This document shows, in pieces, positions 26,339-38,672 of a DNA stretch of 64,000 bases. Every line of letters begins with the position of its first letter. Position 1 is the first letter of the stretch. The notes beneath the pieces are model-generated. The model did no database searches. It had not been told where the DNA came from and saw nothing but the letters and a program-made list of their open reading frames with translations. Made by a program: the position numbers and the translations under genes. Location: the NCBI RefSeq assembly GCF_006345805.1, contig NC_043008.1, positions 26,722,001-26,786,000 of the forward strand. The letters are read 5' to 3'. This stretch comes from Octopus sinensis. Lineage: Eukaryota.

Positions 26339-26370
<32 letters not shown>

Positions 26371-26552
26371 TATATTAAATTAGAGATAAAACCACTATTA
26401 AGCAAATCAAACAGTGAAAAACATAAGCCAATACATAAAATTAATTTAAAAGTATAAAAGTTAAAAATTAAAAAATTATTAAAATAATTTAAACTTATAA
26501 ATTCTAAATATATATATACAAATATATATATATATATATTATATATATATAT

Positions 26553-26584
<32 letters not shown>

Positions 26585-26629
26585 ATATTATTTTGTTTAA
26601 GCACGTGTGTGCAGAAGCAAAAATAAAAA

Positions 26630-26830
26630 CAGCTATATTCTTCTATTCTTTTACTTGTTTCAGTCATTTGACTATGGCAATGCTGGAGTACTTAAATGGA
26701 TTTAAATCAAACAAATCGACCCCAGGACTTATTTTTTAAGCATAGTACTTAAGCATAATACTCTATTGCTGAACCACAAAGTTATGGGGATGCTGTTACA
26801 GACAAACAGACAGACACCAATTGTCTTTTA
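26630..26830 (-). mobile_element. SINE family A, 3' half
   Basis: tattcttctattcttttacttgtttcagtcatttgactatggcaatgctgg... Confidence 0.75.
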
Positions 26831-28521
26831 TAAGAGTATGGGCATTCCTACAAAAGTGTGCCCTGCCTGACTCTTTTCCCCCATGACTTCCAGTAAAATG
26901 GATACATTTTAATAACATTTCCAACGAATACCTTTCAGATGCTGTACATTCTGAGTATATAGAGATTTGCTGCAAACAATATTTCTAAGGGGGTGGGGAA
27001 AGAAGTTCCAAAAATTACATTGTTGTTGTTTGTATCAATTTTTTCTATTTTTTTCTGTTAGTGCCCAACTGGATTTGAGAGGGACATAGCCCTATACATC
27101 TTTGGTTGAATTTTTTCCCCGCATAACTTTTAGGAAAATGGGTATCATTTAATGAAATTTCATACAAATAAACTTCCAATCGAATAGATTATGGCGATAA
27201 AGGAATTTGTTGGGAAATTTCTTATTTTGAGTGGGCAGCAGAGAAAAGGTTTGGAAAATTTGTCTGTTGGCTTTGTTTCTTCACAACTTGCTGAAAACTG
27301 AGTATTTTCTAATTAAATTTTCTGCAAGTACCTCTCAGATGGTGGAACTTATGACTATATCAGAATTTGTTGTGAATAAATTGGAGGAGAAAAAAGAAGT
27401 CATGTAAATTTTCCAAAACCCCTCTCTCCACCCCTTGGAAAAATTTTCCCAACAAATCCCTACATATCTGGAAGCTACAGCCTCTAAAAGGCATTTATTA
27501 ACATTGCCTGCAATCTTTATTTGATACCGTAAGATCGACTTTTATTGAATAAATTTACTCTTTAATATTTCCAGATATATTTATGTAATTTTGGTAAATA
27601 TATCTATTAAAATGAAATGTCCATATTATTTTCATTTTCGCGTAATTTAGATGACAATATATTCACTGCACCCTGTACACACACACATTAAATAAATGAA
27701 CATTCTCTTCTCTTCCACATAGCTGAGATTTGGAAATTTCATATAACACAGCTATTGTTCTTTATCCATTCATTGTTCTTTATGCTCTCTTAGGGATTTA
27801 TAGTATCAATGGCTCTAGGTTCTTTTCCACCAGACTTACTGCCTCTGTTGACTTCTTTAGTCCTTCCCTCCTTGCAGTAGTGAGGGTTTATACTTAAAGA
27901 TATTCATTTCTTACTCTGGTCAACTTACAAGGCTGCTGAGTTCACACTAGTGTTCACATATCACAAATGTACAAAGTAATGCCTTCTTCTGGTGATATGC
28001 TTTAAAAGCCACTATAGAATGCCAAAAATTCACTGATCTTACTGTGCAGTAGACTCTAACTTGAATTTTCTATATTCTTCTGCTTCTTCTAAATAAGTGG
28101 ATTCATCCTTCATTTTAGGAAACTTGACTTCATCCTGCTGGTTTTCTACCAATCCTCCTCACTATATATATATATATATATATACACATACATACACACA
28201 TATATATACACAAACATATATATATATATATACATACACACACACATATAGTATTAACATAGAAGAGAAAGGTTTGATGCAATCAACCTTATCCTCCACC
28301 AACATTACCATTCAGTCAATGCTATCAACTCTTCTATGCAAGAATTGGTCTACAGAGTCATCAACAGCATCAACATAAAGGAAGCATTCAGCAAAGAAGA
28401 AAATAAATCCTTGACTATGAGACAAAGACACCGCCACCACCACTGAACATTTCGACATATATATTACACACATGCACATGCACACATCTAAGAGTTAAGG
28501 AATGGAGAAGATAAGGTCCAA

Positions 28522-28786
28522 GCTACATATTTTTCATAGCAAGCAGAACCTTGGAAGTGGTAAATATCCAAGTGAGCTCACAGGCTACTTATCAGGCCAA
28601 GGGCATCTTGACTGAATGAAAGTTTACATTGTTGCAAGGCGGCCTGTGTTAACAAGTACCTCCTTAGGGCAATGAAAACTTTCATTCATTCAAGATACCC
28701 TTGGCTTGACGAGTAACCTGTGGTATACAACTTGCTTGGATATTTACCACTTCTGAGGTTCCACTTGTTATGAAACATATGTAGTC
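28522..28786. repeat. Inverted repeat (arms ~28522-28625 and ~28676-28786) with degenerate hammerhead cores
   Basis: Plus arm: UUGACGA GUAAC..long loop..GUUAU GAAAC AUAU GUA. Minus arm: CUGAUAA GUAGC..GCUAU GAAAA AUAU GUA. The two-arm consensus is a complete motif. Confidence 0.75.
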
Positions 28787-29029
28787 TGAATCTTATTGTC
28801 TCTGTTCCATAACTCTTGTATTCTTATTTGCATGCCCTGCAAACCTGGTTGCCCACCATGATATGTAAAAAGAACTTTTTTACAGTTATTCATATTTGTT
28901 AACAAAACATCCACAACCTTCCATCTCAATAAACCACTATTGTCTCTGAAAGTTGTTTTTTAAATTTACTACAGATAGCTTGAAACTAGCTTTCTTGTTA
29001 CACCCCAATCCTTGGATCTTATATTTACA

Positions 29030-29236
29030 TATTCTTTTATTCTTTTATTCGTTTCAGTCATTTGACTGCAGTCATGAGGGAGCACTGTCTTTAGTTGAAC
29101 GAATCGACCGCAGGACTTATAATTTGTAAGCCTAGTACTTATTCTATCAGCCTCTTTTGTCAAACTGCTAAATTACGGGGATGTAAACACATCAACATTA
29201 GTTGTCAAGCAATGGTGGAGGGACAAACACACAAAC

Positions 29237-29240
<4 letters not shown>
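29030..29240 (-). mobile_element. SINE family A, 3' half
   Basis: Reverse complement of the family A tail, ending at a (CA)/(TA) tract. Confidence 0.8.
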
Positions 29241-29308
<68 letters not shown>

Positions 29309-29310
<2 letters not shown>

Positions 29311-30760
29311 TTAGGATTGGTGATGAGTATAGTGAAGAATTCCGGGTAGAAGTAGAGAGTCCACCAAGGTTCAGTCCTCAGTCCCCTTTTATTCATCATA
29401 GTCCTCCAGGCAATAATAGAGGAATTCAAGACGGGTTGCCCCTGGGAGCTCCTCTATGCTGATGACTTGGCCCACATAGCAGAATCACTACCAGAACTAG
29501 AAAAGAAATTTTGGGTGTGGAAGCTAAGTTTAGAATCAAAAGGCCTTAGAGTCAATGTAGCAAAGACCAAAGTTCTAGTAAGTAGGAAGGCAAACTCACC
29601 ACACACCCACTCAAGTAGGTGGCCCTGCTCAATCTGTAGAAAAGGTGTAGGTATAAATTCTATAAGATGTACCCAGTGTATGCTATGGACGCATAAGAGG
29701 TGCAGCAACATCAAAGGAAAATTAACTGAGAAGAAAGCTTTCGTGTATGGCAGATGCACAGGAGCAATTGACACCACAGATACTCAGAAAACAGATTCCA
29801 TCACACTCCAGGGGGAGAAACTAGAAGTAGTTGATAGTTTCCTCTAGCTGGGTGACCAAGTTAGTAGTGGAGGTGGATGCTCAGAGAGTGTTACCACTAG
29901 AATACGAATAGCCTGGGCTTCTTCCCCTACTGGTGACAAAGGATCTCTTGCTCAGAGTGAAAGGTAGATTGTACGATGCATGTGTGTGAACTGCCATGCT
30001 TCATGGTAGTGAAATATGGCCTGTGACTGCAGAGGACAAGCGTTGGCTTGAAAGAAATGAAGCTAGCATGATCTGCTGGATGTGTAATGTCAGTGTGCAC
30101 ACATGACAGAGTGTAAGTGAGAGAAATGCTGGACATAAGAAGCATTGGATATGGCGTGCAAGAGAGATGTCTGCAATCTAACTGTGGGGGGAAACTGTGG
30201 TAGAAGTAAACTCAGTAAGACATGGGACAAAGTGGTGAAACTTGATCTTTGAACATTGGGCCTTATGAAGCCAATGACTAGTGACCGAGACCTTTAGCGA
30301 TATGCCGTGCTTGAGAAGACCCATCAAGCCAAGTGATATCATAGTAATTGCTGATACTGGTGTAATGTAATTGGCACTCGTGCCTGTGGCACATAAAAAG
30401 CACCTTTTGAGCATTGGGCCTCACGGAAGCAATGTGGCCAATGCCAGTGGCATGTAAAACACACCTTTTGAGTATTGGACCTAAAGGAGGCAATGCCAAA
30501 TGACCATGACCTTTGACAATATGCTCTGCTTGAGAAGACTTGTCAAGCCAAGTCAGATACTGGTGTCACACAACTGGCATCATTGCCGGTGGCATGTAAA
30601 AACATCCATTACACTTTCAGAGTGGTTGGCATTAGGAAGGGAATCAATCCATAGAAACCATGCTAAATCAGGCTGGAGTCTGGTGCAGCCCCTCAGCTAA
30701 CAAGTCCTGGTCAAAACATCCAACCCATGCCAAAATGGACACAGACGTTAACTGATGATG
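29309..30760 (+). mobile_element. Older 5'-truncated RTE LINE copy
   Basis: Starts immediately after (TA)n. Reads EYSEEF, HQGSVLSPLLF, ELLYADDL, WPCSICRKGVG.NSIRCTQC.LWTHKRC and LEVVDSF, followed by a 3' UTR and (GAT)n tail. Confidence 0.9.
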
Positions 30761-31377
30761 ATGATGCTGATGCTGATGATAATGATGATGATGATGATGA
30801 TGATGCTGATGATAATGACAATAATCCAAGAATGTATGGAATGGACCAAGTGAAAACATGGACAATAATCGTTTGCTACATAACTTGTAATGTACTGTTT
30901 TTGTGTTCATCTCAATGTAACAATGTAAACAACCTGTAGGTAATAGGACATGATGATTAGCTAAGCAGGTTCTATGTATGTTAAAACTTATGTAGCTAGC
31001 ATTATCGTAGCTATGAAATTATCAATATTTTAACCTATTCCATTCCTTTCACTTTCATTTTTAATTTGCATTTATAGGATATTAAGTTACAAAACTGCAA
31101 GTTGAATGGTGACTGTCAGCTTATCGGAAATTCCTGTGATTTCAATATGGGACAAAGTGTGTAACTTACAGTGTTAGTAAACTCATTATATTGCATATTG
31201 TCCATCTTTCGTCATCTGTACTAGCTGCATACATGCTTGAAGCTTACTAACTTCCTACACCTGGATGCTTGGATTGTACTTACATATTATATATATATAT
31301 ATATCATCATCATCATCATCATCATCGTTTAGCGTCCGTTTAAACGATGATGATGATGATGATGATGATGATGATCA

Positions 31378-31526
31378 TCATCATCATCATCATCATTTAA
31401 CGTCCGCTTTCCATGCTAGCATGGGTTGGACGGTTCAACTGGGGTCTGGGGAGGAGCCCGAAGGCTGCACCAGGCCAGTCAGATCTGGCAGTGTTTCTAC
31501 AGCTGGATGCCCTTCCTAACGCCAAC

Positions 31527-31530
<4 letters not shown>
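31378..31530 (-). mobile_element. Solo RTE 3' terminus (young)
   Basis: Reverse complement nearly identical to 7098-7260. Confidence 0.9.
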
Positions 31531-31573
<43 letters not shown>

Positions 31574-31596
31574 GTATGTATTTATGTATGTATGTA

Positions 31597-31985
31597 TGTC
31601 AGTCAGGTCACTTTCGAGTGCTACTTGTAACATGTAACCCAGTACAACCTGTTGCATGGTCGGGTCGTTGGTGACTAAACCGGCAACCCCACCAAGCTTG
31701 CTTGGTGAGGAGTGTATTTATTGGACACCCTGCGGGATGAAAAACAAAACCCGTCAAAGGGCGGAGGAACTCTTGAGAGTCAACGGCCATCCAATAAATG
31801 TCTTAAGGCTGTATCATGCGCGGGGACATAGAAATAATCGGACTGAATACCCCATCACGCAGTTAAACCATTTGGAGTGAAGGACTCCTAGCCTTTGTTA
31901 GGGCATCCTTCTAGGAGAAAGTAACTCAGGTAACTGGGATAACTCCGACATAAAACCTGCGGCTCAGTGGTTACCGATGATGTTG
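31597..31985 (+). mobile_element. CpG-rich element resembling an RTE 5' UTR joined to a short gatgat tail
   Basis: Starts after (TATG)n. Contains ctaggagaaagtaactc, similar to the ctaggagaaggaaaactc motif of RTE/BovB-type 5' UTRs, and ends ttaccgatgatg. No ORF. Confidence 0.4.
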
Positions 31986-32254
31986 ACTTGTTCTTCTTTT
32001 CAGATTATGGCTGCTGTTGTTTAGTGAGTGGGATTGACTCAGTGTACAGCCTTTCCGCACTATAAAAAATATCTTCTTGCACAGGCATTGCACGATAACA
32101 ACATTGATTAAGCTTCGTGCAATGGCCATACTTGATAACGAGGGGCAGCCACCATGTACATACACATGTACATAAGCAGATACACAGATCTCTCTGTCTT
32201 TCTGTATGTATATTGTGGTGCCATGTATAAAGCTTCCGTACTGATATCACGTTT

Positions 32255-32440
32255 CCATACTAATGCCACATAAAAAGCGCTCATTACACTTTGTAAGTGG
32301 TTGGTTTTAGGAAAGGCATTCAGCTGTGGAAAGGATACCTGAACAGACAACTGAAGCCCAATGCAGCTCTCTGGCTTGCCAGCTCCTATTAAACCATCTG
32401 ACCCATGCCAGCATGGGAAGTGGAAAATAAATGATGATGA
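32255..32440 (+). mobile_element. Solo RTE 3' terminus
   Basis: gtggttggttttaggaaaggcattcagctg...ccatgccagcatgggaagtggaaaataaatgatgat. Confidence 0.75.
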
Positions 32441-33615
32441 TCATAGACACACACACACTCCTTACACACAAAGTCTCTCTCTATCTCTCTCTCTCTTTCT
32501 CTCTCTCCACACACATTTATAGAGAAAATTGGTTGAACAAGGCACTTTGCAAATCAAGATCATATAAATGGAGAGAAATAAAGTTTTAATAAAATAAATT
32601 GAAAGAAAACATGAAACTTAAGCAATTTCTCAAGGAAATGAGGATTAAAGATAAAATCATTGAAAATGAGTTTATGTGCAGGTTTATGGTTATACTGGTA
32701 TAAGAACCATTGTTGTTTGCATAGTTTTGCTTTAACTTCTGCAAATTAGCACTTCAACAAAGAGAGTTGATATAACAGTACCAAGTGAAATAAATAAGGA
32801 AGTAGTAAGCCAGAATGATTAGAGACCAGTGATTGAAACCAGATTTTATTTACGGTCTTTGCATGCTGTGTTCAACTTATAGACTGGATTGTTGTTTTCA
32901 TTTGAAGATACTGAAAAAGATCTTTTTTTCTTTCTTTTAATTAATTTATCAAAACTAATTAAAAAGCCACTATTTTTAGTCTCTTCAACGTTAAATATAG
33001 CCAGCTGTCTCAGGAAATCTGTAATTTGATGCTGTGTAATTATTCTCAGATCAGAGTAAATACTTTTGCCGTACCTTTGAAATTCTAAACTGTGTTCCAT
33101 ATTAAGATCATTTTTAATGAAATGAATTTCTAGATTTCTATTGAAATTCTCGCAGCAGTCAGAGATCTGTTTTATCCCCAATAGACTTGTTTTCTTCTTT
33201 TGGAATTTGGGTAATCATATCAATTAAATCTTTTACAAAGAATTCCTTAATTCTTCAGCATTCAGGTTATTCTCTCAAATGTAATGCTTATTTATTCCCA
33301 TTGTTTTGAAGTAATCGTGCATTATCTTGTAGCCACTGCCGAATTTTGATGATGTAATTGTTTATTTTTAGCTTGACATCGTAAGCTAGGTGTCAGAGGC
33401 CAGATCTAGCTGGTTGAACACAAAACAAGTAAAATATTCTGACAAGATGTGGCCCATTTAAATGTTAAAGTGTTAAATTTTCCACACCTTAAACATCCAA
33501 TCCTTCACATCCCCCTGAAATTAACTATCTATTTTTAGATATTTTTTGTTTCATCACTAACATTCACAACTAATGGTATTCCAACATACATTTTAGATGG
33601 TTTTTCTAATGTTAC

Positions 33616-33995
33616 AAATGGCCCAGTGGTTAGGGCAGCGGACTCGCGGTCATAGGATCGCGGTTTCGATTCCCAGACCGGGCGTTGTGAGTGTTTATTG
33701 AGTGAAAACACCTAAAGCTCCACGAGGCTTCGGCAGGGGATGGTGGTGATCCCTGCTGTACTCTTTCACCACAACTTTCTCTCACTCTTACTTCCTGTTT
33801 CTGTTGTACCTGTATTTCAAAGGGCCGGCCTTGTCACTCTCTGTGTCACGCTGAATATCCCCGAGAACTACGTTAAGGGTACACGTGTCTGTGGAGTGCT
33901 CAGCCACTTACACGTTAATTTCACGAGCAGGCTGTTCCGTTGATTCGGATCAACCGGAACCCTCATCATCGTAACCGACGGAGTGCTTCCACAAT
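33616..33995 (+). mobile_element. Young tRNA-derived SINE, family C (octopus OR-like head)
   Basis: A box tggcccagtgg, B box ggtttcgattcc (33662-33673), CpG-rich body, and tail catcgtaaccgacggagtgc. Confidence 0.85.
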
Positions 33996-34384
33996 AGTGC
34001 TCAATTAAGCATACTAAATATTTTCCATAACTCTCAAACAGTAAACTAACTTTCTTCTATATTATCCAATATTTTTCATTGGAACATGCTAAAACTATAA
34101 ATTAGCTTTCATCAAAAGAGTGAATAAGCAGTGTAGTATAGAATGGTAAAAATAGAAATTTACCATTTGGATATTCTAAACAGAAAGGACACAATAGAAC
34201 ATTGTCAATTAGTACAAAATTTAGACATCAATACTATTTTCTTTTGTATTATTTGCAGCTTCAGGGGCAAAGTTTTATGAAATCTGTTTTTGAATATTTT
34301 ACCAGTCATCCTTGAGTTGCTTTATTTGCATTCCAGTTGACTTGGAAGATAATTTTATCAATTCTTCTCATTGCATTAAGAAAT

Positions 34385-34470
34385 CTGTTTCCCACCTACA
34401 TGGTCCTGAGTTTAGTTCCACAGTATGGAATCTTGGGAAGATGTCTTCTACAATAGCTCTGACCTTGTAA
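34385..34470 (-). mobile_element. SINE family A head fragment
   Basis: tttcccacctacatggtcctgagtttagttccacagtatggaatcttgggaagatgtcttctacaatagc matches the family A head. It reads in the same sense as the plus-strand copies, so the orientation call is uncertain. Confidence 0.4.
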
Positions 34471-35329
34471 GGGGTTTTGGTTCATGGAAATTAAAGGAAA
34501 CTCATTATGTATGTGTGTCTGTGTGTGCGTGTGCATGAATGCATGTGTGTGCGCATGTGCATGCATGTGTGCATGTGTATGCATGTGTACATGTGTGTGT
34601 GCACATGTATGTATATAGATAGATACATGTATAAATAAGAAAAATATAAAGAAAGAATATATATTATTTACAATTTATTTAGCTTATATATGTTTCAAAT
34701 AACCTGGCACAATGCAAGCACTGAAAACTGAAATTGATTGGTTAAATTACAGGAGATATAGATCAGGTAGCTACCAAGCTATTCTTTTCAAATCTAAAAT
34801 GATTCTGTCAAATTTTGTATACATTGAGATAATATGGAACAGGGTTTGCAAATAATATATTCCAGATGACTCTTTCAATAACACTGCCCAGTATCTGTTT
34901 CAGAGAAAAGTTATCTTTATCAGATGTTCTTAGATAATGAGAGATAGCAGTGTGTGCATCTTGTCAAAATAGAATTGTAACTTAATCTAATGTCATTAAT
35001 TGCAACTTAATTGATAATACTAGACAAAATGAATTTTAGTACAGCTATAGAAGAAACACAGTATTTAATAATAATAAAGAATTATATGCTTTTGGCTGTC
35101 GGAGAAATTTTTCATTAAGTAAAATTACATTTTGTAAAATAAATACAATATGCTATTTTTACACATTCACACTGTATAAATGCATTCACATATATACATG
35201 CAAAAATGCAGAAACCAGTATTATCTATACATATATGCAAAAAAGACATACATACATATATATACATGCATCCATGTCTATATCTAGCTAGCTAATAAGC
35301 AATGCATACTCACTAACTTCATACTCACT

Positions 35330-37920
35330 CACTCCAGAAACACTCACTCCAGAAACACTCACTCCATACGCATTCACTCCATAAACACTCACTCCACATC
35401 CACTCACTCACTCCATAAACACTCACTCCATACGCACTCAGTCTATATGCACTCAAACCATATGTACTCACTCACTTCATACATACTCCATATGCACTCA
35501 CCCACTCCAAACACAGAACATATGCACATACTCAATCAATATACACTCACTCAATATACGCACACTCCATACACACACACTCACTCCATACACACTCACT
35601 CCATACGCACTCACTCCATATGCACCCAGACCATATGCACTCACTTCATACACACTCACTCCATACGCACTCACTCCATATGCATTCACTCCATACGTAC
35701 TCATTCCATACGCACTCACTCCATACACACTCACTCCATATGCACTTATTCCATACATACTCAATCATTCAATATACACTCAGTCACTCCATATGCGCTT
35801 ACTACACACACACACATTCAATATGGACTTATGCATTCCATACACACTGACTCAATACACATTAACTCCATGCTCAACTACATACACATTCACTCCATAT
35901 GCACTCACACACTCCATAAACACTCACTCACATCACATACACTAACACCATATGCACTCAATCTCTCCATATGCACTCACTCTATACACACTCACTCCAT
36001 GCACACTCACTCCATACGCACTCACTCCATATGCACTCACTCCATACGCACTCACTCCATATGCATTCACTCCATACGTACTCATTCCATACGCACTTAC
36101 TCCATACACACTCACTCCATATGCACTTACTCCATACCTACTCAATCATTCAATATACACTCACTCACTCCATGCACATTCACTCCATATGCACTTACTA
36201 CACACACATACATTCAATATGGACTTATGCATTCCATACACACTGACTCCATACACATTCACTCCATATGCACTCACACACTCCATAAACACTCACTCAC
36301 ACCACATACACTAACACCATATGCACTCAATCTCTCCTTATGCACTCACTCCATACATACTCACTCCATATGTACTCACTCCATACATACTCACACCATA
36401 TACGTTCACCCATTCCATATGCACTCACACACTCCATAGAAACTCACTCCATACACACTCATTCTATAAGGACTCACTCACTCCATACAGAGTCACTCCA
36501 CATGCATGCACTTGCTCCATACACACTCACACCATGTGCACTCTCTCACTCCATACATTCACTTAGTACTTACTCACTAACTCCATGTGCTCACAATCTA
36601 TGCACTCACTGACTCCATAAACACTCACTGCATACGAATTCACACCATATGCACACACATTGAAATACACACTCACTCCATATGTATTCACTCACTCCAT
36701 ACACACACAATCCATATGGACTCACTCACTCCATATACACTCACTCAATACTTACTAAATCCATGCACAACTCCCTACATATTCACTCTATATGCACTCA
36801 CACACTCCATAACCAATCACTCACTCCATACACACTCATGCATATGCACTCACTCACTCCTTGTGAACTCACTAACTCACTATGTATTCATGCACTCCAT
36901 ATTCACTCACACACTCCATCCTCACTCACTGAATAAACATGCACTCACTGAATATGGACTCACTCACTTCATATACACTCACTCAATATGCACTCACTTA
37001 CAACATATGCACGCACTCTATATGGACTCAAACACTTATACGAATTCACTCCATGTGCTCTCACAAACTCCATATGCACTCACTCTACATGCACTAAGTC
37101 ACTCACTCCATATGCGCTAACACACTCCATATACACTCACTGCATACACACACACTCAATACATCCTCATTCAGTCCATACTCACTCACTCCATATGCAC
37201 TCACTCACTACATATGTACTCATTCCATGTGCAGTCTCTCACCCCATATGTACTCACTCGCTCCATACACAGTCTATATGCACTCACTCCATATGCACTC
37301 AATGAATATGCACTCACTACCTCCATACATGCTCACTCCATACACACTCACTCCATATGCACTCACTCCATAGACACTCACTCCATATGCACTCACTCAC
37401 TCCAGATACACTCACTCACTCCATACACACTCACTTCATACCCACTCACTCACTCCATATGTAGTCACTCCATACATACTCACTCACTCCATACATACTC
37501 ACTCAATATGCACTCACTTACTCCATATGCTATCACTCACTCCATACACACTCCATATGCACTTACTCACTCCAGATACACTCACTCACTCCGTACACAC
37601 TCACTCCATACACACTCACACCATATACACTCACTCACTCCATACACACTCACTCCATATGCACTCACTCATTCCATAGGTACTGACTCCATATGCATTT
37701 ACTCCATACACACTCACTCATTCTATACACACTCACCCCATATGCACTCATTCCAGATGCACTCATTCCATATGCACTCACTCCCTCTATATGCACTCAC
37801 TCAATCTATACACACTAACTCCATATGCACTCACTTATTCCATACACACTCATGTCATACACACTCACTCCATACACACCCACTCCATATGCAGTCACTC
37901 CATACGCATTCACTCACTGC
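35330..37920. repeat. ~2.6 kb C/A-rich minisatellite with ~15-19 bp units cactcactccata(t/c)(g/a)
   Basis: Direct degenerate tandem repeats. There is an internal higher-order duplication, since 35755-35960 recurs at 36135-36330. Confidence 0.95.
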
Positions 37921-38672
37921 ATATATGCTCTTAGTAATTAGTGACCCCCAGTGAGTTTCAAAAATATTTAGGTAAGCAGTATTGAAAATTTAATTATAGA
38001 GTAAAACAAAGTTGGGGATGGGAAATCATTAAAATATGAGTAGTCGACTTAATTTAATCCTATTGCTGCACAGTTTGTTGAAAGGGAAATATAACACCTA
38101 TGGATTGCTGTAGTTTTAAATGGAGAAGACGTCTGGGTTATATTTCCTCAATGATTGAATGTAGGGAAGTATATGGATAGATAGATTGAAAAAAATGGGC
38201 GTCTTCTCTAGACATTGAAAGATATTAGTAAATAATTGTCACCATTGTACAAACAGTAGCATTCATTTTCAACTGTCTGCAAGAACGTGCCTGACTATGG
38301 AAAATATTACCTTACTTGGAATTAGGTGAGTGTTGGCAAAAGGAAAAGCACCTAACGAAAGAAAATCTGTCTCAATAAACTTCATCTGACCCATGCAATC
38401 TTGGAAAAATGGACATTAAAATTAGGATGATGATGAACCTAACTGAAATTCCACTTTAGTGTATGGTACATCTTGCTCTCATAAAAGAGAGATGGAAGTA
38501 AAATGAAAGGAAAATGAAAACCAGAATAGGAATATTTAAAAGAAATATTTTTCTAAATCGACCAAAACCAAAACTCTTCAAACCAAGCATTGTGTAAGAC
38601 AAGTAAAGTGAGAGCAACTATATACGCATGTGTGTATGTGTGTGTGTACACAGACACACACACTTTTCCAAT

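Noticed and set aside
26078-27678. One Tc1/mariner non-autonomous element bounded by acagggtgc / gcaccctgt
   Set aside because: Only about 9 bp of inverted match, the interior is interrupted by other repeats, and there is no transposase trace.
32846-33181. 111-aa minus-strand ORF as a host exon
   Set aside because: No recognisable domain, no convincing acceptor site, and adjacent frames are full of stops.
33616-33690. tRNA gene (also the heads of family A SINEs)
   Set aside because: A and B boxes are present, but the sequence continues into a multi-copy SINE body and tail, and I could not form a complete cloverleaf.
35447-37954. His-rich ORFs of 330, 177 and 246 aa as a structural protein gene
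   Set aside because: They lie in a G-poor minisatellite where stop codons are rare, 4-bp unit indels shift the frame, and there are no splice or start signals.
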